Assembly (NCBI GenBank): GCA_000165425.1
Contig: CT868014.1
Span: forward strand, 186,001 to 250,000
From: Paramecium tetraurelia
Lineage: Eukaryota
DNA: 64,000 nucleotides
Direction: 5' to 3'
Positions 39,760 through 54,625 of the stretch are shown here, one piece after another. How positions within the stretch are numbered: the first letter of the stretch is position 1; each line of letters begins with the position of its first letter. Made by a program: the position numbers and the translations under genes. A model generated the notes under the pieces. It was not told where the DNA came from. It did no database searches and was given only the letters and a program-made list of their open reading frames with translations.

Positions 39760-40940
39760 ATGAGTTTATTGGAGAAATTTCTTGAAATTTAGAATAATCT
39801 CTCGAGTTCTCAATTATTCGCTGTTAATCTTAAAGGGTATCTAGTATAAAAATACAATTTATAGGTTCGAGTAATTTTCTGAGGAATTATTTTGTCGCGA
39901 TTCTAATTTCACTTAAATTGATAACTATTCTCTATGGTAACTCAATGAATACACTTTATAGCATTTGTTAGGAAGAATCGATACAATTAAAAGGTTTGAT
40001 TGCAAATTTCAAAATAGAGTTCAACATTGATCCTCAAATAATATAATTAAATTCGTAAGAGCAAGTTCTCAAAGTTGATAAGCGCTATTAGGTTCATTTC
40101 GTGTGCTTAGAATTGTGGAATTTCCTAATGAAACATGTTAAAGGAGGTTTTTATTATTATAATACTTTTATAGGGCCATGCATACCTCTATACACCATAG
40201 AAATAAATGAGATCAGAAAAAGCACTATTCATGACTTTACATTTCTATCGCAACACGACATTTAAGATTTGCCAAAGGGTCTTGTAATACCTGTAGACAT
40301 GACATAAATGGAGTTCTTGATTTAAAATGAAAATGATTCGTTTACTTATATAACAAAGGTTGTACCCTTAGCTTTTACAATCGAATAAGTTATAAATAAG
40401 ATACTCTCACCACAATTCAACGTAACAAATCATTTGTGCTTTAACCAAACCAGCAGGAAGGTCATATTAAATAAAACTTCAACTTTAATCTATGAATTGG
40501 AGTTTAGATCTCTATGGTTTATTAAACCCAACCAGAAAGACAATGGATTTTCAGAGAATTTCGATGAAATCACAATGTAGTAGGATTTTCAAAATCACAT
40601 ACCTGGTTCAACAGAATCGACCTTTGAATCAAGGGAAATCCAATCTATACTAGACAGTTCAAAATCAAACGAATTCGAAGATGATATCAATCCCAACAAC
40701 AACAGCAATTTGAGTATAACTTTTAAATATTTAGTGTTGAGAGATATCAGTGAATTCAAAAACGAAATAGAATCCATTCTATAAAATCACAAACAACAGC
40801 CTCTTATACTACTGAAGGAAGAATAGGCTATCGAGAATATCAATCAAATAATTTTGTAGATTGAGTAGGAAAACTGTTTCAAAAAAGAGTAACAAGAAGA
40901 AGGTACTAATGATGAACTTATCGATTATTAAGATATTTGA
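39760..40940 (+). CDS. Hypothetical protein with a possible DUSP-like (USP-associated) segment
   Basis: HFVCLELWNFLMKHVKGGPCIPLY resembles the DUSP C-terminal W..L...YGGGP.I motif. Several introns. TGA at 40938-40940. Confidence 0.55.
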
Positions 40941-40984
40941 TTTCATTATAAATTCAGTCAGTTTTAATATGCTTCTTTATTCTA

Positions 40985-42549
40985 TCATTTATTTAATATT
41001 GATTCTTAAGACGTTGATTACATAATTCTCTCAGAACCAAATCCGTGATCTCTCCATTCTCGTTAAATTCAACTTCCTTGTTTGATAAGCTATTTTCTGA
41101 AATCAATTCTAAAATCACTTGTTAATAGTCATCAATTAAGAATTTGAAACACTTCAATTTACAAATAGGACATTTCCAAATCTTTTTGTCTTTTTAATCA
41201 TCAATTGCAGTGATAAAGTTCTCCAAATCGAAACACTGTAGATGATTACAAAATCTGCCTCTGGCTGGAATATTAATTAATTATAAAGTGATAGGACACA
41301 ATAGACTGATTCTTATTGATTTTATTTTGACATCCTTGTTGGTAGAGCATTCTTATTTGAATAATTTGAATGAATCTTCAATACTTAAATAGTTTTTATG
41401 ATATTGTTTAATATCTAATAAGAATTCTTTGGCATTCAATTAATTTATGGAAAATATACCTATAAAATAAATACATTAATGTTATATTCTAAATTATTTT
41501 TTCAATTCCTCATTAGATTTATACTCAATCAAAGTAATTCGATTTTATTCATTATGTTTGATATAATTAGTGATATTGATGGAATCATCCTTGCGTTTCT
41601 TAACACTATAATTGATGCTCAAAGGTTTAAACTCAGCCAGTTTGACACCATTCATCTATAATTCCCCATAATCAGGCCAAGTGATTTCATTCAATCCATC
41701 CTTGCCGTCTATTCTTAAGCATCTAATCTCTAATTGAGACCCTTTGTACTTAACTGGACAATGGAATAAAAAATGTTTTTCGTTTTTGAATTGAAGAAAC
41801 TACTGAAATGTAGATTAAACTATTTAATCTATCACTTTATTTTAAGGATTTAACATAACAAGTGTACAATACGGACAAATGAAGTCTTGAATATCATGAT
41901 TAATTTGTAAACAAAATCCATGAAAATTCTATGAGCAGATTTTACATTTGAGAACTTTAGAACTATTTAATTTAGCCTTAATTTAAACATATAAACCTGG
42001 CTGCGAGTGACAATAGCATTTTAGAAAATTAATATCTTATTGCGTTTCATTTTATTTATCATTATTTGTTTGAGAATTTCTCATTTAATTTAATAATTGT
42101 TGTTCTTTATCTTTAATAAGTTTTAATTTGTCACGAATGCCTTCGTAATAGATATGAATTTATTTATTAATGAATTTTGTTAGTTCTTCTAAAATTGAGT
42201 AAGATTTGATGATCTTGTCTTCATAATAAAACATTGTGATTGTAATCAATTATCCTAAATATATAGGTCTTGTTGGATTAATATTAGTGGATTATAAACT
42301 GCATTTCTTCATTCTAAGTAGATGACTGAGTAAACATTCAGTTAATTTTGGGATGAATTGTTTATCCTATTTATATTTATTACCACCTAGACACTTAATG
42401 ATATCTTGCTTTTTTTACGTTGAAATTTAGTCAACTTTCAATTCAAGACAACCTTGTCTGATAAATTCAGGAACTTTGAGTTCAATGTCTTATTTAATTG
42501 TTAAGAGTTCCTTAGATATCTCATCTTGAAGTTAATTATTTTAGTTCAT
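40985..42549 (-). CDS. SIZ/PIAS-type SUMO E3 ligase (PHD + SP-RING/MIZ finger)
   Basis: [40 protein letters not shown]. PHD-like CYC..CKICSQNFHGFC..FICPYC. EITWPDYG segment. Confidence 0.88.
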
Positions 42550-42593
42550 ATTTTAAATAATTCTACAGAATTTAATAAAGAAATTAATTTTTA

Positions 42594-43952
42594 ATGAAAA
42601 TTTTAAGCAAGAAAATAATAAAGGGAGTTGGATTCATAAAAGTAGTGCCTGAAGAAGATGATGACTTTTGGCATTTGTATAATCTATTGTCTGTTGGAGA
42701 TATAATAAAGACAAGCACACACAGAAAGATAGTGAAAGAAAGTAATTATAGATATGATTGATTAGGTTAAACTGGTACTAAGGTTTCTGAGAAAAGAAGG
42801 ATATTTGTATTTTTAAAGGTTCACGAAATTAATTATTGGGCAGATCAATATCTATTGCTATCAATAAAGGGCAGAAATTGCTAAGAATCTCATTGGTTAT
42901 CTTTGGGCTAATTTCATACCTACGAAGTTGAATTGAATTAGAAAATCGTAATATACAAAGAAAATTGGGATAGATTTCATTATGCCATCTTGGATTAGAT
43001 CAAACAATAGTAAACTTTATCAGAGGTGGCAGCATTCATAATGGAGGAAGGAGTAGGTCACTTATGTTTGATAGGATCAGCTACTACTAGATTGAAGTAA
43101 AAAGTAGAGAAATAGATAACAAAGAAGAGAAGTGCTAATGAGTAAAGAGAGAAGGCAATGGAAGAGTTTTTTAAAGCATGTTTAGCAGCCTTGGAATAAG
43201 ATTCATTATTTGAATAAGTAAAATGTTTGATTGTGGCATCTCCAGGGTAATAGTAATGAATATCATATAGATATGTGAAGGATGATTTCTATTAGTTTCT
43301 GAGAAATATATTTTAAAAGGAGGAGAAGTATAAGGGAAAATAGAAAATGTTAGATAAGATCTTTCTAGTAAGATCAAGTTCAGGCTATTTGAACAGTTTA
43401 ATGGAAATTCTATAGGATCAATAGGTTTAGTAAAGATTAGAAAATACAAAGTAAAATATTCGAAAAATATTTAGAGCTATGCAAGAAGTGATGATCTTGG
43501 AGAAGTTCTTTGAGTAACTTCGAATAGATATAACTAAAGTTGCTTATGGAAAGAAAGATGTTGAATTTGCTCATAGTCTTGGTGCAATTCAGACTCTATT
43601 AATAAGTGATAAAGTGGCAAGAGCCAAAGATCCAAAAGTAAGGAGATAATGGCTGAAAGTGATTGAAGAGATCAAGAACAAGGGTGGAGAAGTGTTTATC
43701 TTCTCTAGTTTACATCCTTCTGGAAAACAACTGAACAACTATACTGGAATAGCAGCTATTTTATATGTTTCAGTTTCGTTTGATTATGAAGATGATGACG
43801 AAGATGAAGATGAGCAAGAACCAGTTGGTTAATAGATTCATTAACAGTAACACTAACATGCTTAAGATGAATTCAAAATGGACATGGTAGTCTAAAAGAA
43901 ATTTGAAGAGTTCGGCATGGAAGATGGTGATGATGTCGATGATGATATTTGA
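42594..43952 (+). CDS. PELO: Pelota/Dom34 ribosome-rescue factor
   Basis: [69 protein letters not shown]. Acidic tail. Confidence 0.95.
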
Positions 43953-43990
43953 ATGTTAATATACAATTATATAGATAAAAATATAACATC

Positions 43991-46189
43991 TCATCTTCTA
44001 CTATAAGGATACTTCTTTCTGGCCTTATACAAACCAAGCTTCTTTCTTTCCACTTATCTACTGTCAGTTCTGGTTAACAGTAACTTTCTGAATATTTTCT
44101 TGATACTTGGACACATTTTAACAATGGCTCTACTCAAAGCTGAGCAGATGCATTGAGATTATGCTGACTAACTACCTCCTCTGATTACACTAATGTTTAC
44201 AATAAGATTATTACACATTCACATCTACTAAACATGAAAGATGAGCCAATTCTAATACTCTCAAGGCTGTTCTTCTGTATATTGGATGAGTAAAGTAATT
44301 GATTAAGTTCTTACCATTTACAGTCACTTCTCCTACTCCTTTCTTTAGTTACACATAACAAATTGATGACTTTCTTCTTCCTCTTCCCACATAATAAAGT
44401 AGAGAAGATTCACTATAATCTTTTTCTATTAATTAATCAATTTAGATTGCACTCTTCTCCTTGAAATCCTCAATCTTAACTTCTTCTTCAACTACATCCT
44501 CAAAATCTGGATCTACATCATCAGCCATCATAGCTGTGCTTGGTACTTCATAAGTATATGGATTTATGTTGTCACTAAAAGCTTACAATCCATCATTAAT
44601 TTATTCTCTATTTAATTTGAATATATTTGTTAAATAATGGTGGAAGAATTCCAAATTGCTTGGCTGTTGGAATTCTTTGTATAATTCAACTGAAAATTGA
44701 TACTCATCTTTTTTCACTTCATCTACCTTCTCCTCAAAGAATTCCTTAACACTAACATATAATAATTCAATACTGTCTATTATAGGGTTGTTTCTTGATG
44801 TCCACAAAGGTATCTTGCTATTTGTTGAGCTTGACTTTAGGGAAGATAGTCTAAAATGAAGACCCAAAATCTTTCCAAAACAGACTTTGTCCTTTATTCT
44901 TCTCGACATCTTAAAACACAGATTCGTACCCCTTAATCTTATTTTTTGGATCATTATACAAATCCTTTATGAATTTAGGTGCACCTAATAACAAAAAGTC
45001 AATATTGTCAACAATATCCTATAATTTGACAGGATCTACGATTCTTTAATTAACTTTCTTGGCTTTCATTTGAAGTTACAAAGATTAAGTATCTAGATTC
45101 TTGAGGTATTTATGTATTTATTTGAATTCCCAATTTTATTGATCTTTAGCATTTATTTACTTTCTTGATTCTTTAGGTTCTTATTATTTATTGGCTAATC
45201 TTTTCAAATATGCTCGTTTAACAAAATTTAAATTAACCTTATCTATAATTGTCTATTCAGTTTATAAAGCTTCTTGACCATCAGAGGGTCTGATGTATCT
45301 CATTTTTAATAATCGCTCGTCATCTGATATTTCTTCGACGGTGCATCCAGATTCATAGAATTCAAGATCTTTTAGATAGGCCTTTCCAAAAGTGAGTTAT
45401 TGATTTTTATCATTATATTTAGGGTCATAAATTTAAAAATCTTCTAAATCCTTTTACAAATTTTCTCTTGCCATCTCTTCAGCTACTGCTTTCACAGAAT
45501 TAGTATCGACGTATTTATTTAGAATTGCTTCGTCATTAATTTTCTTATCAAAATCTTAAGCATCATCGCCTAAGATTGTCTTTCTATCTTCCTCTGGTAA
45601 TTTTTTTATTCCTTCTAAAAATCTATCAAAAACAACCTTTCTAGCTTTGGCTATATATTCAGGTGTTTCACTTTTCACCAACAAATCTTGAGATGTTCGT
45701 AGAAGTTCAGTTTCTGACATAACTCTCTATATACTAAACATTATACAAGTACCATCTAAGATAACAATCCTTGAACTTTACGATTATACTCTGCTTCATA
45801 TTATTGTCCTCTTTTCAATTTTATATCATAAACAAAGTCATCAAAGAATAATCCTAAAGGACAATTGGTCTCTTCATCAATGTAGACATGCTTCAATACA
45901 TTTTATAGTAGATTTTAGCCATCCTTTTCAGTCATTTCCAATTTGTTATCCTATTTAGGTTGCATGTCTCTCACTCGTCTAAGGTTAACTAATTTAGATA
46001 CTGTGTGACTCTGGTTTTGATTTTCGCCAATTTCTTCTTATAGACAGCATGCAATTGCTTCTGTGAATCATCATAGGAGGTGATCTTGGGTCTGTAGGCC
46101 AAGTCTTCCTTTTCTGGATAGAGTGGAGGCACAAAAAAGAAATTTCGTTGTGCTACACAGAACCTCGCTCTGCTCACTAATCTGAGCAT
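43991..46189 (-). CDS. MRPS9: Mitochondrial ribosomal protein uS9m with very long N-terminal extension
   Basis: Presequence-like MLRLVSRARF. C-terminal S9 domain VGRGRRKSSICYV..GEVTVNG..IRGG..TDSRQVERKKLGLYKARKKYPYSRR*. Confidence 0.85.
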
Positions 46190-46270
46190 AATTATTTAAA
46201 TAAATTATTTATGCCTAATTTATATATAAATATTTAAAATATTGCATTTATTCATTAATTAAAATTAAAG

Positions 46271-49200
46271 ATGCGAATTCCCTAAGCTTACTATGAAAGC
46301 ATGGTTAGAAGATATAAGAAGTCTAAGCATGTCGATTCAACTGATTACTCTTGGATTGAAACAACCAAGAAGCCTCTTGTAGAAAGAATTTAAGATTTTG
46401 CATAATGCAAACAATTGTAGGATCCCATGTATACACGCATCATCTGTGAAACAATTGACACAATATTCGAAGCAGCAGTTGCTTTATTTCAAGACCAAGA
46501 CCAGACCCTCTGCATTCAATTGCTGGGTGAATCCGATTCTATTTAAATTTGGGATTTGTGTTTATTGTGTTGCGATTACATACTCAAGTCAACAAATTCA
46601 AAAATACGTATTTCTATTTAAATAATTTAAAGTCGACATGTTTTTTAGTTATGAACATATTTTGACTCTAATATTTCACAATCCAGATTATGAAATATAA
46701 AAAATATATAAGTTGGTGCAATGCATGCAGTATTTGATTGAATCAATGAATGCATCTAAAGCCTGTAAATTTAAAAGTACTGATTAAATTATTAATCATA
46801 GTTGAATAATTTGAGAAAGTCTTTATAAGATTCATGTATATTAGCGCATTTTTGTAAAGGAATATCTACAATTTGTCAGATTAGGAATATCAGGAATTAT
46901 TTTAATATTCTACTGACAATTACAATCTCAAAATCACCATCCCAAATGAAGACATGAATATTTATCAAAGGTATTTGGAGCTGAGCAACATCAGAAAAAT
47001 ACTCAAGTCTCCACCAGTAATCTTAGACATTCCCTTTGATTGTACCAAAAATCCATTGGACCAAAGTTTATAGATTGCAGCTGAAATTAAAGTCTAAAAA
47101 GATAGTATACTATTTGATTAGATCTTCATCCGATTACTTTGTCAATATTCTATTGATGAAAAATTGCTGCAAAAGATGTTCTTAAGAAATTTCATATTTC
47201 ATTTTAAATGCACTTTCTCAGAATTGCAGTTAATCAATCCCAAATTTATGACAGACATCACCAATAGGTTGATAGATCAAAAGGATTTCCTATTTTTATT
47301 AATAAGGAAGATTGCTAGCGAAAAGGATTTATTTTTAGAAGATACCTTGGTGGAGAGTTACAAATTTATTAAATCAAAGCAAATTTAATTATATGAGCAT
47401 AACACATTCTTGGATAAATTATGGTTATTTGAATTATAAGGAATACAAGACACTTTAAATTGGTGGAAGAAAGAATTCAAAATCACTGAAGGGAATTTCT
47501 ATGATAGTAAGATGGAATTAAATGATAAATTAAAATAATTGTTCTTTTAATAATTGTGTGATCAACAATTTACATAGATGTTTAAAAAATAACCAAACTA
47601 TACATAATGGAATTTCATCATTATTCAAATCATAAGAAAATCATTAGTATAAGATGATGGAACCAAATTGCCATATTACATCTTAAATCCAATCTTAACC
47701 TATTCTGTCAATCTGATCACTGAATTGCCTGCCAATAACCAAAACCAGCAATTGGATTATCAATTAGAAAGTCAGATAATTTAGGGATTAATGGAGATCC
47801 TTAAGAATTGTATTAAGAAGCCCCAAATTCAATTATAAATCAGAGCAATTCAATTATTAAATCAATTGGTGACATACTATAAACAAGAATTTGATTAAGT
47901 GTAGATTCAAAATGCATAGTCCGAATTCCTGATACCAGTTCCTGAACGATATCACAAATTATTAACTGAAATCTGGTCAAACAAAATTTTAGAAGGTACT
48001 CTACTTGCAGCTCAAGAACTCAATGAAACATTATACACCTATTTGATTACATTATTAGCTATAACAATGGGAGAGAATCCTGCCAGAGTAAGATAATTCT
48101 GTGAAAATAATAGTTTGTAACTTCTGATCGACAAAATTTTTGAATTATTGAAGATATGCTCAAGAGCATCCCCATTAATAGTAACAATTATAAATTTGTT
48201 GATTGCAATCAGTACTAATGAATAAGCAATTTCATTAACTTAATAATCGAATAATAGTGGAGATAAATAAGAAAAAGATAATTTGATTAAGAGGATATTT
48301 ATCAAGTGTTATTTGCCTTCAGTCGAGTTAATAAATGACCCAACAGTGAGTGATGATTTTGCCAAGAAGATTATTATGCTGTATAGTCAAAGCATGTTGG
48401 CAAAAAAGTAAATAGAGAAGGTGATAGAGAACACATTTGTTCAGATATCATCATTGGTGGATTTGAGTAAAGATAAGATAGAGGAAATTGTGAGTAATTA
48501 AGATAAGCTACAATCCTTTTATAGTTCTTCAAAAAGCTTGTAGGCATTATTACAGTTGTTCATGCAATTACAACCAGAGAGGAAATCTTCATATCGATCA
48601 TTCCAAGGATATGAAGAATTACAACTAGAGGAAGCTTAGAGATAAAAGGATATATTGTTCAACTCTCTTTTGAAGAATTAAAAATTCGTAGAAGCCTTGG
48701 AGAAGATAATTATGAGTCCAATTCTGATAGGTAGTAAAAATAAGGATACCTATGTTGAACACTACGTTGGCATTTTGTGTAAGAAAAATAAGTTGAATCC
48801 TTATACTTCTTTATGGAAGGAATTGGATTTAATCTCTTAAAACTATATGGTAATAGGTGACTAGAAGATAATCGATATTGGGAAATTAGTGGATTATGAT
48901 GCCTTATCCATCCATATGAGTGACAAATACTTTTTTAGAAAAATCATCAAACACATATCTCCTTAAACTTACAGAGGATTCTACATATTGAGTCGTTTCC
49001 ACTTGATACATTATTTGATTAAGATGTGTGTGAATTAGGGTGTGGGATAAAATTAAGATGCCCATCTAATGATTTCATAATTGTTAGAAATCTATTTTCT
49101 ATCCTCACAACATGCTGGTTTCCATGAATCTATTATGATGTTTATGTCAGCTAAATAATAGGTCCAGAAACATCAGACTAGTTATGATGAGGACTCTTAA

Positions 49201-52200
49201 ATAAGGAGAAGAATTAGTAAGGATAATTTGATTCCATTGCAATCATCCTGTTTGGATTTGATAAGCAAATTGTAATAGCATGCAGAACAAAAGGATTTTG
49301 TGGTCAAGAAATATGGGGAAATAACTTAGTTGTTCTTTTAGAATTTCTCAGAAAAGTGTCAATAACTTAAACAAGCTCAAGGAATTTAAATTGTTTCAAT
49401 TGTAACTTATTTGTAAGATATGTTAAAATCATTCAAATTCCTCTAGAATTTGTTTTTGAGTTTAGAACAACAGTACTAACCATTACAATTTGCTGTAATC
49501 TGTTTCCAAAATAGCAATTTCTTTTTGTCTTTGGTTGAGATTCTATAACATTTGGATAAGATCTAAAGACAGTAATAATTTAACGGAACAAAAGAATAAG
49601 AAATTATTAGAAAGATTTTACCTGGATTTATAGAAGCCATACATCAACACATAGATAACATTATCAAACTATTGATTTTTAAGAAGATTTCAATCGATAA
49701 GATACAATTGTCAGATTAATTAATTCAGGATCCCTAATAATTGGATATTGTATGCAATGAAATCTTTGTAGCTTAGGCATCAATAGTCAATTAAATGATT
49801 GATCTTCTTCTTTACAATAATTGCGAAGGTAGTTTAAAGACGCTGTTGGAACAACTAATATAGAGATTTTATTCAATCAAAGATCTATAAGTTTAGGATA
49901 TGAGAAAGATAGCTGGAACTGAGACAAAAGAATAAATAATTGGAAATAAGGATATTAATACAATTTTATCTGGTACTGATGGAAGACAAGAATAGAAAAA
50001 ATCTTTGTTTGATCGACCTGAAATCAAGGCCATGATCGATGACATTTGTGATATGGGATTCAAATAACAATTAATCAAGAAAGCTATTCAAAGGATTGAA
50101 ATTCCTGAACCTACTATGATCATTGATATGTTGATCAATGAGAGAATATCTGATGATGAAGAAGAGCAAGAAGATCCTTTTGAATTAGTGAAGAATGCAG
50201 AGTAAAATCAATAGGTTTAAGACTAATAAGATCAATAATAATAAAATGTAGAAACTGAAACACAAAAAGAACAGAAGGAAATCTAGGCTTTGGATTAAGA
50301 ATAATTTATGAAAATTTTAATATAAAATTTCCCATTAGCAAATACCTAATTAAATATAACAGAAAGGTTTTTGGGATTCATTGGTGATTTCTAATCAAAA
50401 TTAGATTAAAATCTTAGTAAACTATTAGATTAAAATTTACATAATCAAAAATCAAGTGGCAATTTGTTGGAATATCTATTTACAATTGCCAAGAGGTCAT
50501 AACATATAAATAAGATTATTGAGTATATTTTTATGATCTTGAATCCCTTAAAATAAGATAAATCTTCTTAAGATTTAAATGCTACCATGATTCAATATTA
50601 GAAAGCATTACAATGGCTCAATTTATTGCAATAGATCGCTCCTCAAGAACATGAAAAACTATATTCGAATTTGGCTTTAATAGATCAAGAACCATAATCA
50701 AAGTATGTGCTCCAATTTCAATCTATGATTACAATTGGTTTTGCATTATCAAATGATATCTTCGATTAGTTTAAAAAGATTGGAAAATTAGAGTTGGACC
50801 AATTGAAACAACTTAAAATTTCAGAAATGACCTATACAGAAATCTATCAACAAGCACAAACAATAACTAATAATCTTAATATGCTATTTGAAACCAAGCA
50901 AACCACATTAAAATTATTCTGTAAAGAATTGTTAGAAGCACAAAAGTACCTTACCAAGTTTTTCTTGAATCTGCAAAATAAGCATGACTAATTAATTGAG
51001 AGATATTGGAATCAAATACTTATATATCTAGAATTTTTAATTTAAGTTTGCACAAACAATCTAGAATTATAGGAATACTCATAATAAACTTAGAACTTCC
51101 TTGATGAATTAGAAACAATAATTAGCAATAATTAATAATTAAAATAATAAAGAGATTAATCTCAAAATAACATTTAATTAAGATAACTCATTTAAAGAAG
51201 ATTCAATTCTGATAAACAATTGATCACATTATTATTACAATGCTTAAATAATTTTGGATTGCATAATCAAGGCAAATTGTTCAGCATGTTAACCAAAAAG
51301 TAAACAAATTAAAAATAATCGTTATTGGACACTCTACTATAATTGAAATTTTATAGCAGTCATTTAGAATATGAGGAATCTCAACCAGTGTTTCTTGAAA
51401 ACTTAATCTATCTAGTCGCGATTGATAGCAAAACTACTAATGATTTAGTTTTCTAAATTTTGAAATAAGTTATGCTCAACGAACATATCGATTGGCATGC
51501 TCAATAATTAAAAAATACAGAAGATCTCAGCTAAATACAATTCCCTTAAAAATTTATTGAATGTCCATTATAATATTTATTATAATTCCATCCTGTTTTA
51601 ATTAATAACCCAATAGTCTATAATATGATAATAGAGCAATAAGGTTTATCAATTACTGACAAATTTTCAGAATTACAAAGAATTCATGCTCCAAAATAGT
51701 CATTGCCTTAACCTACAGGGAAATTAACAAAAGAACAAGAGAGATTATTGAAGGAAAGAGAAAAAGAATTATAAGCTTAACCTTAGACTGACATTATCAT
51801 TAGATACGAGGTCGAATAATTGATAGAGCCATAATTGAACGAACACTTCATTGATTTAGTCAATATTATTGCTTAAACAACAATAGATAGATTTTTTGAA
51901 GAGAATTGTATTTTGATAGAATAGATATTCAAAATCTAATGTAATCAATACAAGGACGACAATAGGATTTATCTTTATGGCTGGGATCAACTATTGAGAA
52001 TAATTGAAATGCTCATTATTAAGATTCCTTAATTGGTATTATATCTAAGACAATATTAATTTGTTCTACCGTCTAACTCAAAAACTGATTAGAAAAAGAT
52101 CACTTTCATAGAATTTGTAATCAAATATTTGACATGGGTGGGAGGAGATAAATTGGCTAACTTTATGCACAACTACATCAGTGACATAAACTTGTTGTCT

Positions 52201-54542
52201 ATTGGATATGGAGTCACTATTGCATAAGAGGTTTTACAACTATTATTGAATGAATTGTAAATAGACATCAATTAGGAATAGATGATATAGAAATATTATC
52301 ACATTTTATAACTATTAACCTTATTCACCTAGACTTTAACCATGTAGAATTGCTGCATGATCTTAACAGATCAACGATCATAATTAAACATAATTCCTTA
52401 ATTGATTGACACCTTGAATAAAATTAAAAATTGTGAAAACAAGTAATTTGTTAAGACATATCAACAGACCATAGCCAAAGCATTGGAACCATTTTTGTAA
52501 TCATAAATATACTATGATCACATTCAATATGGTAGATATGGTGAAGTGTTCAGATTGCAATAGAGTATTACTGACAATCCATTCAAATATCATTATTTGC
52601 ATTGTCTAAAAAATCAATTGATTTGTTATTCTTTGTATCCCGGTTTTAAGAGTACCATAGGATCAGCATAGCATTTCATTTCTCATTAGCAAGTTCAATA
52701 AACTTTGAAAGATGAACACCAATAAGAATTAGTTTGGCCTCTTTATTAATCGAGGAAAAACTATAATAATCAAAGATAGAATAACTAGAAGTAATAAGAA
52801 GAAGACTTGAGTGATTCAGATTCAGATTAAGATATTCTTTAAGTAGATAATAATTAAATCAAATACAAAGCTAACTATTCGAATATTAATTCCTGGGGTT
52901 CTGATTACTATTATTATGACAATAATGATTTCATGTCTAAATACAGCATGAATCGAGATGATGACAGGGTTTAACGTGAAAATCAATAAAACATTTTCCC
53001 ATAAAAAGACCTTAATATCTTATTTTGTAAAGTTGATCCACAGACTATTACTTTTAATTTACCCCCCTTATAAATCACAAAAGCAAGCATCTAATATAAT
53101 TCCAGCGATTATAAATAGTGGATCACCTCTATTGTAGGATTGTACTATAGCTCTAATGAATATTTTGAAAATAAGAAGTCTTTGATTTCTAAATCTTATG
53201 AAAATCAACTTAAAATCACAGTGGAAAATATTAATTAGATCAATAGGATTTTATTGTCCTCAAATTATTATAGAAATAGATCAAATGATTTTATGCAATA
53301 ATATCTCTCATACTATTTGAATGGAACACTCAATAACCTGTAAGTCTAGGCAAGTATTTGCTTCTATTCTAAATTTGGTTAGCCTCCTAATTAATTATAA
53401 TAAGATTACCAAGCAAATTCATTGTCAATTAATATCAATGAATCAAAATAACAATAACACAGAATTTTATGTTAAATATCATGCAATATTCTCCAAAGCA
53501 GAGTAGTTTTGAATGGAATGCCAAATGATTTACAAGATTAAAACTTACTCAAAGCCAAACTATCAAGTTTATTACATCCTGAAGAACATCTTATAATTCA
53601 ACCAATTATCTTGTAAATTCCAAAAAGATAATTTGCTTAACCTGATCCATAGCAACTATTCACCTATGATAATTTGGTTCTTGAAATTTTCATAAATCTA
53701 CTCTTAGATGCAAATAATTTCCCTCAGTTTCCCTTTAACTTATTCAGATAGATTTGTAAATGTCCCCGACTTGGATTTAAATTATTAATTTAGCTATTAC
53801 TATTATTTTAGGAACAAAAACACAATTTAGATTTAACTTTGAGAATCTTGTATCTTGTAAGTCAAAAAATCCCTTCCACTATTCTTAGAGATTTGTTATC
53901 TGAATAATTATAGGTGAGTCCCATCTTGAATAGAAGAGAAAAAGCTAATCTGGCCAAGGTCTAAGAAATTAAAGAACAATTTGTGATTGAGGAAGAAGAA
54001 AATGTAGATGAATAACCTCAAGATGAGGATCCTGAGAATCCTTTAGTCTTCTTAATTAACTAACTCAACACCTATTGTGAGAAAAATATTTCATTTATGA
54101 AACTATTTCATAATCCAGAATCTTATATACCTTTAGAAAAAAGTATAATTAATTTTATCTTTAGACATACTCTTGACACCATTATTAGCTAGCTAAACTG
54201 GAATGCATTTGTCTTACTTGCTATAAATCATCAGAGGTTCATTAATAGTGATTACTGAAGATCCCAAGGATAAGAATAGAAAGCATGATGAAGATTATTT
54301 ATCAAAAATATAGAGAAGATAAGCCACAATCTTTACAAATAATAACCAAGATGAACCCAATCATAAATTATTTGATCTTGTCTCTTAACTCAATAAACAT
54401 GAGTAAGACGTAAATTTTGAAGAAATGATCTTCAAAACATTTGGAGATAGATATTCTGATAACTAATATGATTAATGGGAGCCAATATCTTACTTTAGTA
54501 AATAGCCTTTTTCATTTAGATAACATGAACTATAATAATAAC

Positions 54543-54625
<83 letters not shown>

